Positions 7,518-15,244 of a stretch of 36,192 nt of DNA are shown one piece after another (position 1 is the first letter of the stretch; each line of letters opens with the position of its first letter). Source of the DNA: Candidatus Pacearchaeota archaeon (GTDB lineage: Archaea; Nanobdellota; Nanobdellia; Pacearchaeales; GW2011-AR1); NCBI GenBank assembly GCA_026395855.1, contig JAPLXX010000046.1:1-36192 (forward strand), read 5' to 3'. A program made the translations under genes and the position numbers. The notes beneath the pieces are model-generated. The model did no database searches. It saw nothing but the letters and a program-made list of their open reading frames with translations, and had not been told where the DNA came from.

Positions 7518-7714
7518 GCCCCCGTAGTTCAGAGGCCAAGAATGCAGCCCTCTCAAATGGCAATGCAGTTGACATTTGTTTTCCAAATGTCATTTTTCGT
7601 TGCCAGGAAATGCTTGAAGTTTAGCTCGATGAGAGAAAAACTTCTGTTCTCTTAGAACAAAGCAATTTCCAATAGGGAACGGCTGTGACCCGAGTTCGAA
7701 TCTCGGCGGGGGCG
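7518..7714 (+). tRNA. tRNA-Glu (anticodon CUC) with a roughly 124-nt intron at position 37/38
   Basis: Exon 1 is 7518..7555 (GCCCCCG TA GTTC AGAGGCCAA GAAT G CAGCC CTCTCA). Exon 2 is 7680..7714 (C GGCTG TGAC CCGAG TTCGAAT CTCGG CGGGGGC G). All four stems pair. C32-U35 can pair with intronic AGGG (7674..7677), leaving a 3-nt bulge AAC at the 3' splice site, which is BHB-like. Confidence 0.85.
7556..7679 (+). other. tRNA-Glu intron, highly structured
   Basis: Perfect helices found by hand: TGACATTTG/CAAATGTCA (7570..7578 with 7584..7592), TGGCAA/TTGCCA (7558..7563 with 7600..7605), GGAAAT/ATTTCC (7606..7611 with 7665..7670), GAAGTTT/AAACTTC (7616..7622 with 7638..7644), TGTTCT/AGAACA (7645..7650 with 7654..7659). 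Confidence 0.7.
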
Positions 7715-7719
7715 TGTGC

Positions 7720-7725
7720 TTTTTT
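7720..7725 (+). terminator. oligo-T terminator after tRNA-Glu
   Basis: A run of six T starts 6 nt after the tRNA 3' end. Archaeal RNA polymerase terminates at oligo-T tracts. Confidence 0.6.
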
Positions 7726-7792
7726 AGTTGTAATTTAATATGTATATTCAACAACATAAACTCTTTTTAAACTGAATTCTATAACAATTAAA

Positions 7793-9232
7793 ATGGTAAA
7801 AGACAGAACAAAATATTCTTCAATGCTGGGAACTCGTTATGGAAAAGATATGAGTCCTATTTTTTCTGACGATTTTAAGTTTCGAGCATGGAGGCAATGC
7901 TGGATAGCTCTTGCAGAAGCCCAATGTGAGCTAGGCCTGGCAGGAGTCACTCCTCAGCAAGTTGCTCAGTTAAAACAATATGCAACAGAAATTAATTATG
8001 ATGTCGCTGAGGCAAAAGAAAGAGAAATAAGACACGATGTAATGTCTCATGTTTATGCATTTGGACAGCAATGTCCTGAGGCAAAAGGAATAATTCACGC
8101 AGGGGCAACTTCTTGTGATATTACAGATAATGCAGAATTGATACAAATATATGAGGCACTGGATCTTACAAGAAAAAAACTTGTAAATCTCCTTGGATTA
8201 TTTGGAAATTTTGCAAGGCAATACAGGGATTTGCCTATTTTAGCATTTACTCATTTTCAGGCAGCGCAGCCAACAACACTTGGAGAAAGAGCTGCAATGT
8301 GGGGCTATGCATTTACAATGGATTATGAACAAGTTAGAACTCTGCAGCAAAACAAAAGGCTTAGGGGATTAAAAGGAGCTACAGGAACTCAAGCAAGTTT
8401 TTTAGAGCTAGCTGAAGGAAATGAATTTCTTGTCATAGAATTAAACAAAAAATTTTTGGAAAAATTAGGCTATGATAAAGATTTTCCAATAACAAGCCAG
8501 ACATATCCTAGAAAATATGATTCTATGATTTTAGCAACATTAGCAGGAATTGGTGAATCCGCACATAAGTTTGGAACAGATATAAGATTAATGCAACATA
8601 GAAAAGAAATGGAAGAGCCTTTTGAAAAAGACCAAACAGGAAGTTCTGCAATGCCATATAAAAGAAATCCTATGAGGTCAGAAAGAATGTGTGGATTAGC
8701 AAGAAGTTTGCTTGCGCGTGAATTAGAATCAAGAATGACAGCTTCTGTTCAGTGGCTGGAAAGAACACTTGATGATTCTGCTCCAAGAAGAGATTATATT
8801 GCACAGGCATTTTGTGCAGTAGATGAAGTTTTGAATCTTGCAATGAACATAATGGAAAGACCTGTTGTCTTCCCAAGAATGATTAAAAGACATTTAGATT
8901 TAGAATTGCCTTTCATGGCAACAGAGAATATTATGATGACTGCTGTCAAAAAAGGAAAAGACAGGCAGGTAATCCATGAAGCAATAAGGGGAGTTTCCCA
9001 GGAAGCTGCAAGAAGAATAAAAGAAGAAGGAGATAATAATCATCTTTTGGAAATGCTGGCAGCAGACCCAAAAATAGGAATGACGAAAGCTGAATTAGAT
9101 GCTATCGTCGATGTAAGAAAATTCATAGGAAGAGCTCCTCAGGAAGCAGATGAATTTGTTGAAAAGATTGTTGAACCAATTCTGAACGAAGAAAAAGCCT
9201 GTCTTGGATTACATTCTAATGTTCAGGTATAA
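7793..9232 (+). CDS. purB: adenylosuccinate lyase
   Basis: 479-aa ORF with the fumarate-lyase family signature SSAMPYKRNPMRSE. Confidence 0.9.
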   Translation: MVKDRTKYSSMLGTRYGKDMSPIFSDDFKFRAWRQCWIALAEAQCELGLAGVTPQQVAQLKQYATEINYDVAEAKEREIRHDVMSHVYAFGQQCPEAKGIIHAGATSCDITDNAELIQIYEALDLTRKKLVNLLGLFGNFARQYRDLPILAFTHFQAAQPTTLGERAAMWGYAFTMDYEQVRTLQQNKRLRGLKGATGTQASFLELAEGNEFLVIELNKKFLEKLGYDKDFPITSQTYPRKYDSMILATLAGIGESAHKFGTDIRLMQHRKEMEEPFEKDQTGSSAMPYKRNPMRSERMCGLARSLLARELESRMTASVQWLERTLDDSAPRRDYIAQAFCAVDEVLNLAMNIMERPVVFPRMIKRHLDLELPFMATENIMMTAVKKGKDRQVIHEAIRGVSQEAARRIKEEGDNNHLLEMLAADPKIGMTKAELDAIVDVRKFIGRAPQEADEFVEKIVEPILNEEKACLGLHSNVQV

Positions 9233-9305
9233 GAAATTTTTAAAGAATTCCTTATCACAGGAATAATTAAAAACTATACTATTATTTATTTGGGGGGCAA
9301 TTAAA

Positions 9306-10745
9306 ATGTCATTCAATGATTTGCTCAAAGGGGTGCAAATTATAGCAATAATTTGTAATCAGTGGGGGGACAGTGGAAAAGGAAAATTTTCAGATTATTT
9401 TGCTTCTCAATGGGCAGATGTTACAGCAAGAGGAACAGGTGGAAACAATGCAGGACATACTGTCATTGTAAATGGAAAAGAAAAAATTTTTCATTTGATT
9501 CCTGCAGGAATATTGTATGATTCCCTTGGAAAAATTACAATTCTTGGCAATGGAATGGTAATAGATATTTCTTCTTTAACTAAAGAAATTGATGAACTCA
9601 TTACAGGGGGGATTTCCTGTAACAATCTGATGATAAGCAAAGATGCAAATGTTATCATGCCATATCATATCCGCAGAGACCAAGCCAGAGATCAATCTCA
9701 AAAAGACGGAGGTATAGGTTCTACAGGAAGAGGTATAGGTCCATGCTATGCAGACAAAATTGCAAGAAGAGGTGTTTTCATAGCAGATTTGTTTGATAGG
9801 GAAAAATTAATAAAAAAAATTGAAAAAATAAAGAAAGATGGTATTTATCCAGAACAAGTTATAAACACAGATGAGATTATAGATATTTTAATGACTTTTA
9901 CTGAAAGAATCAGGCCATTTGTTAAAGATACTGTTTCTGAGATGCACAAATTTGTTAGAGAAGGTAAAAAAATCTTATTAGAAGGGGCGCAGGGCTTGCT
10001 ATTAAGTGTGGAAAATGGAACATATCCTTATGTTACGTCTTCTGATTGCTCCCTTAATGGAACAGCCAGCGGCGTTGGTTTATCTGCAAAAATGATTGAC
10101 TTGCCTTTGGGAATTGTTAAATTTCCTTTTATGACAAGGGTTGGCGGCGGAGCTTTTCCAACAGAACTTGGGGGCAAAAAATCTGAGGATTATTGTGCTG
10201 AAAAAGGACATGAAAAAGTTAATGAATTAATTCAATATGAAATACCTCACCAAATAATAGGCAGCGAGGTCATATACAATAAAGCTGATCTAAAAATATT
10301 AACAATGATAAATTCAAATGATGAATTTATTAGGGGCATTGGAATCAGGCTTGCTGCGGGAGAATATGGTGCAACAACAGGACGTCCAAGAAGAATAGGC
10401 TGGACAGATGCTGTCGCTGCCAGATATGCTGTCGGAATAAATGGTCCTTTAATAATTTTAACAAAACCAGATTCTTTGTCTGGCATAAATAATTTCAAAT
10501 TATGTTATGGTTATAAAAATGGAGATGCAACAACAGAAATTTTCTCCAGAGAAGACGAAGTTTTAAGAAAATCAGAACCTATTCTCAAAACATATGAAGG
10601 ATATGAAGATATAAGTGATATTCAGAATTATGACAACTTACCTGCAGGTTTAAAAGAAGCAATTGGAGATTTTGAGAGGTTTACAGGCGGCAAAGTTGTT
10701 ATTGTCTCCACAGGCTCTGCAAGTGAGAATACGATTGTAAGATAA
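9306..10745 (+). CDS. purA: adenylosuccinate synthetase
   Basis: 479-aa ORF with QWGDSGKGK (P-loop), GGNNAGHTV and ATTGRPRRIGW motifs. It sits next to purB. Confidence 0.9.
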   Translation: MSFNDLLKGVQIIAIICNQWGDSGKGKFSDYFASQWADVTARGTGGNNAGHTVIVNGKEKIFHLIPAGILYDSLGKITILGNGMVIDISSLTKEIDELITGGISCNNLMISKDANVIMPYHIRRDQARDQSQKDGGIGSTGRGIGPCYADKIARRGVFIADLFDREKLIKKIEKIKKDGIYPEQVINTDEIIDILMTFTERIRPFVKDTVSEMHKFVREGKKILLEGAQGLLLSVENGTYPYVTSSDCSLNGTASGVGLSAKMIDLPLGIVKFPFMTRVGGGAFPTELGGKKSEDYCAEKGHEKVNELIQYEIPHQIIGSEVIYNKADLKILTMINSNDEFIRGIGIRLAAGEYGATTGRPRRIGWTDAVAARYAVGINGPLIILTKPDSLSGINNFKLCYGYKNGDATTEIFSREDEVLRKSEPILKTYEGYEDISDIQNYDNLPAGLKEAIGDFERFTGGKVVIVSTGSASENTIVR

Positions 10746-10774
10746 TTTATAACTTCTTAGCTTTATCCTAAAAA

Positions 10775-10990
10775 ATGAAAAACGATGAATGTATAATTTA
10801 TTTTATAACAAAAAGAGGAAGCAAACAAATTTGGTATAAAGATAAATATGGATGGAAGCAGAAGAGTGGGAAAGGCATTATAAGAAAAGTAACAGCAGAA
10901 CAATTTTTATCTCATCTATTGCCTGCTCTGACAGAAGAATACAAAGATAAAGTGAGTATTAATGTTAAAAGATTAAAAAAGGAAAAATGA
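10775..10990 (+). CDS. hypothetical small basic protein
   Basis: 71-aa ORF whose stop overlaps the nth start (ATGA overlap at 10987). Confidence 0.4.
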   Translation: MKNDECIIYFITKRGSKQIWYKDKYGWKQKSGKGIIRKVTAEQFLSHLLPALTEEYKDKVSINVKRLKKEK

Positions 10991-11652
10991 ATAAATACCA
11001 AAAAGAAGAAAATATTTCAAAAGTAATGGACACTCTTGCCCAGCACTTCAACTACAAAGAGCGCACAACATTAAACAGGATGAGAAAAAAACCAAATGCC
11101 TTCAAAGTCCTAATTGCTTGTCTGCTTTCTCTAAGAACACAGGATAAAAATACTGAAAAAGCATCAAACCAGCTTTTTGCAGTCGCAGACACGCCTGAAA
11201 AAATCATTAAACTTCCTATGAAAAAATTAGAAAAGCTAATTTTCTCCTCTGGTCATTATAAAAAGAAAGCCAGAACCTTAAAGCATGTTTCAAAAATAAT
11301 TCTTGAAGAATTTCATGGAAAAGTTCCCAATACAAGAGAAGAGCTTATGAGTATTAAAGGCATTGGTCCAAAAACAGCAAATATTGTTCTTGCTTTTGCT
11401 TATGGAAAAGAAGTTTTGCCTATTGACACTCACTGCCACAGAATTCCAAACCGTTTAGGCTGGGTAAAAACAAAAACACCAGAACAAACAGAAGCAGAGC
11501 TTGAAAAAATTCTTCCGAGAAAATACTGGCCGGAATTTAATGCTTTGTTCGTCCTTTTTGGGCAAACTATATGCCAACCAATCTCGCCCAGATGCTCTCA
11601 GTGCCCTGTTCGAAAATACTGCCCAAGAATAGGAGTTATAAGAAGTAGATAG
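10987..11652 (+). CDS. nth: endonuclease III (HhH-GPD DNA glycosylase with Fe-S cluster)
   Basis: 221-aa ORF with a helix-hairpin-helix (IKGIGPKTANIVL) and a C-terminal 4-Cys cluster (CQPISPRCSQCPVRKYC). Confidence 0.88.
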   Translation: MNKYQKEENISKVMDTLAQHFNYKERTTLNRMRKKPNAFKVLIACLLSLRTQDKNTEKASNQLFAVADTPEKIIKLPMKKLEKLIFSSGHYKKKARTLKHVSKIILEEFHGKVPNTREELMSIKGIGPKTANIVLAFAYGKEVLPIDTHCHRIPNRLGWVKTKTPEQTEAELEKILPRKYWPEFNALFVLFGQTICQPISPRCSQCPVRKYCPRIGVIRSR

Positions 11653-11682
11653 CTTTAAAAATAAATTTTTCTAAGTTCTATT

Positions 11683-11799
11683 ATGAAGAGAAGCTCAAGA
11701 CGCTGGAAAAAGAAAGGCCAGATGAGATGGAAATGGCAGAGAAAACGCCTTAGAAAAGAAAAGCACAAAAGAAAAGCAAGAAGAGCGAGATCTGTATAG
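11683..11799 (+). CDS. rpl41e: 50S ribosomal protein L41e (not in the ORF track)
   Basis: Hand translation gives MKRSSRRWKKKGQMRWKWQRKRLRKEKHKRKARRARSV (38 aa). This matches the archaeal L41e pattern KRSSRRWKKKG-MRWKW--KRLR as I recall it from Methanocaldococcus. The listed 74-aa minus ORF over this region is its antisense. Confidence 0.8.
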   Translation: MKRSSRRWKKKGQMRWKWQRKRLRKEKHKRKARRARSV

Positions 11800-11919
11800 T
11801 TCTGCAAATAATTTTATAAATAAAATTCTTAGAGCAAGAAGTGTATAAGTATATTTCTTGATATAATAATCTATAAAAGTATTCCTTTTTGAGATAAAAT
11901 AGGAGAATAGATACTTCAA

Positions 11920-12300
11920 ATGGAGATAGACTGGCTTAAAAAAACCAAAGTTGAAATAGATGAATCAATAGGATTTATTGTAAATGAAGCAGGGGGATTG
12001 GGCTATAACAATGCAAAAAGAACAGAGCTTTCTGATAGAATATCTGTCCTATGCAAATTCTATGCAGGCGTGGAAAAAGAATTATTGGCAGTTTTGGAAG
12101 CTGCTGCAAAAAAAGGGGCAGGAACATTGGAAGAATATGTAGAAATATCAGAAAAGCGTTATCATGGAGGAAGTGGCGGCGACGGGCTAATTTTCTATAA
12201 CGGGCTGCATCATCTTCAGGAGAAAGCCCATAATTACATGCTTATTAAATCCAGAGATTTTTTCAGGAATTGCTTCAGGAAAATAAAATCAATAAAATAA
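11920..12300 (+). CDS. hypothetical protein
   Basis: 126-aa ORF with no recognised motif. Confidence 0.45.
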   Translation: MEIDWLKKTKVEIDESIGFIVNEAGGLGYNNAKRTELSDRISVLCKFYAGVEKELLAVLEAAAKKGAGTLEEYVEISEKRYHGGSGGDGLIFYNGLHHLQEKAHNYMLIKSRDFFRNCFRKIKSIK

Positions 12301-12362
12301 TCACAACAATATTTATAAGCCAAAGTTTCTTAAAATATTCACGCCTAGCGTCAAAGGCCAAA

Positions 12363-12374
12363 TTGACGCGTCAA
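12363..12374. promoter_or_regulatory. perfect 12-nt palindrome TTGACGCGTCAA upstream of rfcS, with GCGTCAAAG direct repeats
   Basis: The palindrome lies 29 nt upstream of the rfcS ATG. GCGTCAAAG occurs twice (12348..12356 and 12368..12376) and TTGAC again at 12383. Confidence 0.4.
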
Positions 12375-12402
12375 AGTAAAATTTGACAAATTTAAAAATA
12401 AA

Positions 12403-13362
12403 ATGGCTTCTGAAATCTGGACAGAAAAGTATCGCCCGTCAAAATTCTCAGAGATTGTAGGTCAGGATAATATAGTCAAAAAAGTTGAATCTCTTACAGC
12501 TTCTCTTAATGTTCCTCATCTTTTGCTTGCAGGTCCTGCTGGAACAGGAAAATCCACTCTTGCCCTGATAATTGTAAAAGAGCTTTTTGGAAAAAACTGG
12601 AGAGAAAGCTATCTTGAGCTTAATGCTTCTGATGAAAGAGGAATTAATGTTGTAAGGGAAAAAGTAAAAAACTTTGCCAGGACAAAATCTCTGGGAAATG
12701 TGCCGTTTAAGATAATTTTCCTTGATGAAGCAGATGCATTGACACCTGAAGCTCAGCAGGCTCTTAGAAGAACAATGGAGAATTATTCTGCAACCTGCAG
12801 ATTTGTCTTGTCCTGCAACTATTCAAGCAAAATTATAGATCCTATACAATCCAGGTGCGCTATTTTCAGATTCAAGCTTATGGAGAAGAAAGACATAGAT
12901 AAAATTATTAATAAAATTGCAGAAGGAGAGAAATTAACCATTGCGCCAGAAGCTCTTGAATTAATATATGAAGGAAGCGAAGGAGACTGCAGAAGATGCA
13001 TTAACATTCTTCAGTCAACAGCATCAATTTCCCCATTAATAAATTATGACTTGGTTTCAACAATAATTTCAAATGCAAAGCCAAAAGATATTCGGGTTGT
13101 TCTTGATTATGCAATCTCTGGAGATTTCCAGAAAGCAAGAGAAAAGCTTCTTGATGTGATGCTAAAAGAAAGCATCTCTGGGCAGGATGTTATAAAATCA
13201 ATCCAGAAAGAAGTCTGGAATCTTCCTGTAGAGCCAGAAGTAAAAGTAAAGCTCACAGAAAAAACAGGAGAGGCAGAGTTCAGAATTGTTGAAGGCTCAG
13301 ACCCTTTTATTCAGCTGCAAAGTCTTCTTGCAAGTTTTGTTCTTGCGGGCTTGGGGCTGTAA
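12403..13362 (+). CDS. rfcS: replication factor C small subunit
   Basis: 319-aa ORF with Walker A GPAGTGKST, Walker B LDEADALT and the SRC motif QSRCAIFRF. Confidence 0.92.
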   Translation: MASEIWTEKYRPSKFSEIVGQDNIVKKVESLTASLNVPHLLLAGPAGTGKSTLALIIVKELFGKNWRESYLELNASDERGINVVREKVKNFARTKSLGNVPFKIIFLDEADALTPEAQQALRRTMENYSATCRFVLSCNYSSKIIDPIQSRCAIFRFKLMEKKDIDKIINKIAEGEKLTIAPEALELIYEGSEGDCRRCINILQSTASISPLINYDLVSTIISNAKPKDIRVVLDYAISGDFQKAREKLLDVMLKESISGQDVIKSIQKEVWNLPVEPEVKVKLTEKTGEAEFRIVEGSDPFIQLQSLLASFVLAGLGL

Positions 13363-13369
13363 AAAGAAA

Positions 13370-13672
13370 ATGAAATTAATTTATACAGCATATCCTGAGG
13401 AATATGCTTATTTTAGAAGCCATATTTTTAAATATGTTTTAGAACATAAATGTGTCCCTTTGGGGCCTATGGATGATTGGTTAAGCGGTTTTATTAAAAA
13501 TAGTGTTCTTGAAAATGCAAGTTTAGACTTAGTAAGCAGATGCGATGGTCTATGGGTTTTTGGTAACCCTGCTGATGAAATTTCGGGAATTATGAGAGTA
13601 GCAGAAGAACTAAATAAACCAATTAAGCGTTTCTTAATAATTGATAGTAAAGAAATAAGAGAGGAAAAATGA
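13370..13672 (+). CDS. hypothetical 100-aa protein between the RFC subunits
   Basis: The ORF-track frame 13286..13672 overlaps rfcS. The ATG at 13370 (MKLIYTAYPEE...) follows the rfcS stop by 7 nt, and its stop overlaps the rfcL start (ATGA at 13669). Confidence 0.55.
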   Translation: MKLIYTAYPEEYAYFRSHIFKYVLEHKCVPLGPMDDWLSGFIKNSVLENASLDLVSRCDGLWVFGNPADEISGIMRVAEELNKPIKRFLIIDSKEIREEK

Positions 13673-14865
13673 ATACCACTGCAATAAACTGGACAGAAAA
13701 ATACCGCCCGAAAAACTTTATAGACATTGAGGGGCAAAGCCAGGCGATTTTTCTGCTGAAAGATTTTTTGAAAAAATTCGGAAGCGAAAACAAAGCTGTT
13801 ATTATCCACGGTCCGCCCGGAACAGGAAAAACTTCTCTTGCTTATGCTGCTGCAAATGAAAACAAGGCAGAGCTTTTTGAATTAAATGCTTCTGACCTGA
13901 GAAATCGTGAAAAATTAAGGGAGATATTAAGGCCTGCAACAGAGCAAAGGTCTCTGACAAAAGAAAACAAAATAATTCTTGTTGATGAAGTAGACGGCAT
14001 TTCTGAAACAGATCGCGGCGGACTTCTGGAGCTTCTTGCTCTGGTTGAATCGTCTTCATATCCCCTAATAATAACTGCAAATGACATCTGGGACAGAAAA
14101 TTCACAGCATTAAGAAAAAAATCAGAATTAATACAATTAAAAGAAATAGATTACAAAACAATAAAAAATGTTTTAGTGTCTCTTTTGAGAAAAGAGAAGA
14201 AATTTCTTGACAATGATGTTCTGACAAATATTTCTATAAAGGCCCGCGGAGATTTGCGGGCAGCTATAAATGATTTGCAAATAGCATCTGGAATGAAAGA
14301 CCCTTCGCAGATAATTGTTGATGAAAGAAACAAGGAAATGGATATTTTCTCTGCATTGAGAATGATATTCAAAGGAAAGCCTACAGAAAGCATGCTGCAG
14401 ATTTTTGATTCTGTCAAAATGCCTATAGATGAAATAATGCTCTGGGTAGAGGAAAATATTCCTGCAGAATATTCTGGAGTAGAGCTGGCAAAAGCAATTG
14501 ATGCATTAAGCAAAGTTGACATATTCAAAAGAAGAATTTACCGCCAGCAATACTGGCGTTTTCTTGTTTATGAAAACGCTTTGCTAAGCTATGGAATTTC
14601 AAGCGCGAAAAAAAATGTCAAAACAGGATTTACAAGCTATAAGAAACCAACCAGAATCCTGAAAATCTGGCTGAACAACCAGAAAAATGAAAAAAAGAAA
14701 TCAATAGCAATAAAATACGCGCAGTATTCCCATGTCGGAGAAAAAAGAGCAATGGCAGAATTTTCCCTGATAAAGCCTTTTCTTAAAAATTCAGGAGTTC
14801 AGAAAGAATTGAAGCTAAATGAAGAAGAAGTTGAATATCTGAATAGAGTTGAACAAAGTGCATAA
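13669..14865 (+). CDS. rfcL: replication factor C large subunit
   Basis: 398-aa ORF. NWTEKYRP and [10 protein letters not shown] (Walker A) and LVDEVDG (Walker B) fit AAA+ clamp-loader architecture. Confidence 0.88.
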   Translation: MNTTAINWTEKYRPKNFIDIEGQSQAIFLLKDFLKKFGSENKAVIIHGPPGTGKTSLAYAAANENKAELFELNASDLRNREKLREILRPATEQRSLTKENKIILVDEVDGISETDRGGLLELLALVESSSYPLIITANDIWDRKFTALRKKSELIQLKEIDYKTIKNVLVSLLRKEKKFLDNDVLTNISIKARGDLRAAINDLQIASGMKDPSQIIVDERNKEMDIFSALRMIFKGKPTESMLQIFDSVKMPIDEIMLWVEENIPAEYSGVELAKAIDALSKVDIFKRRIYRQQYWRFLVYENALLSYGISSAKKNVKTGFTSYKKPTRILKIWLNNQKNEKKKSIAIKYAQYSHVGEKRAMAEFSLIKPFLKNSGVQKELKLNEEEVEYLNRVEQSA

Positions 14866-14873
14866 AAGAATTT

Positions 14874-15131
14874 TTAAGTTCTAAAAGAAACTTCCTTTAC
14901 AACATCATATTTCCTACCATCTTCATCAACCCAGCCGTTTGCTTTTAATTTTTCATATACAGGAGAACCTTCTTGACAAAGAAAGACCGGACAATAACGA
15001 AGAGTATCATCCATAAAAGACATACCTTCAATTTTAACTACATCCACACTACTTAAAACATTTCCCATTCCATTAACCATTTCTTTCACTTTTGAATTTT
15101 CTACACAAATAAGCGCCAAATTTTTTGCCAT
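14874..15131 (-). CDS. hypothetical protein
   Basis: 85-aa ORF with no recognised motif. Confidence 0.4.
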   Translation of the reverse strand: MAKNLALICVENSKVKEMVNGMGNVLSSVDVVKIEGMSFMDDTLRYCPVFLCQEGSPVYEKLKANGWVDEDGRKYDVVKEVSFRT

Positions 15132-15244
15132 TTTGAATGATTATAAAAAGGATATATTAAACCTTAAAAAGATATCTATACTTAGAAAGTATAAATTAAA
15201 AAATCGATGACTAATTTTATAAACATCTTGCTCCTTTTCTTATA

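Noticed and set aside
7368-7586. 72-aa minus-strand ORF from the ORF track.
   Set aside because: It runs antisense through the tRNA-Glu 5' exon and the GC-rich leader. Its openness is explained by the local GC-rich composition.
7606-7650. Possible C/D-box guide RNA in the tRNA-Glu intron (cGATGAGa ... CTGT), and 7-nt complementarity of the intron to the leader core.
   Set aside because: Both boxes deviate from the RUGAUGA and CUGA consensus. No second box pair was found and no target complementarity in the tRNA. A 7-nt match is within chance expectation.
11695-11919. 74-aa minus-strand ORF from the ORF track.
   Set aside because: It is antisense to the much better supported rpl41e (11683..11799) and has low-complexity, hydrophobic/Ser-rich content.
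13286-13369. Upstream extension of the 128-aa ORF into rfcS.
   Set aside because: It would overlap the 3' end of rfcS by 77 nt in another frame. The ATG at 13370, just after the rfcS stop, gives a compact operon layout.
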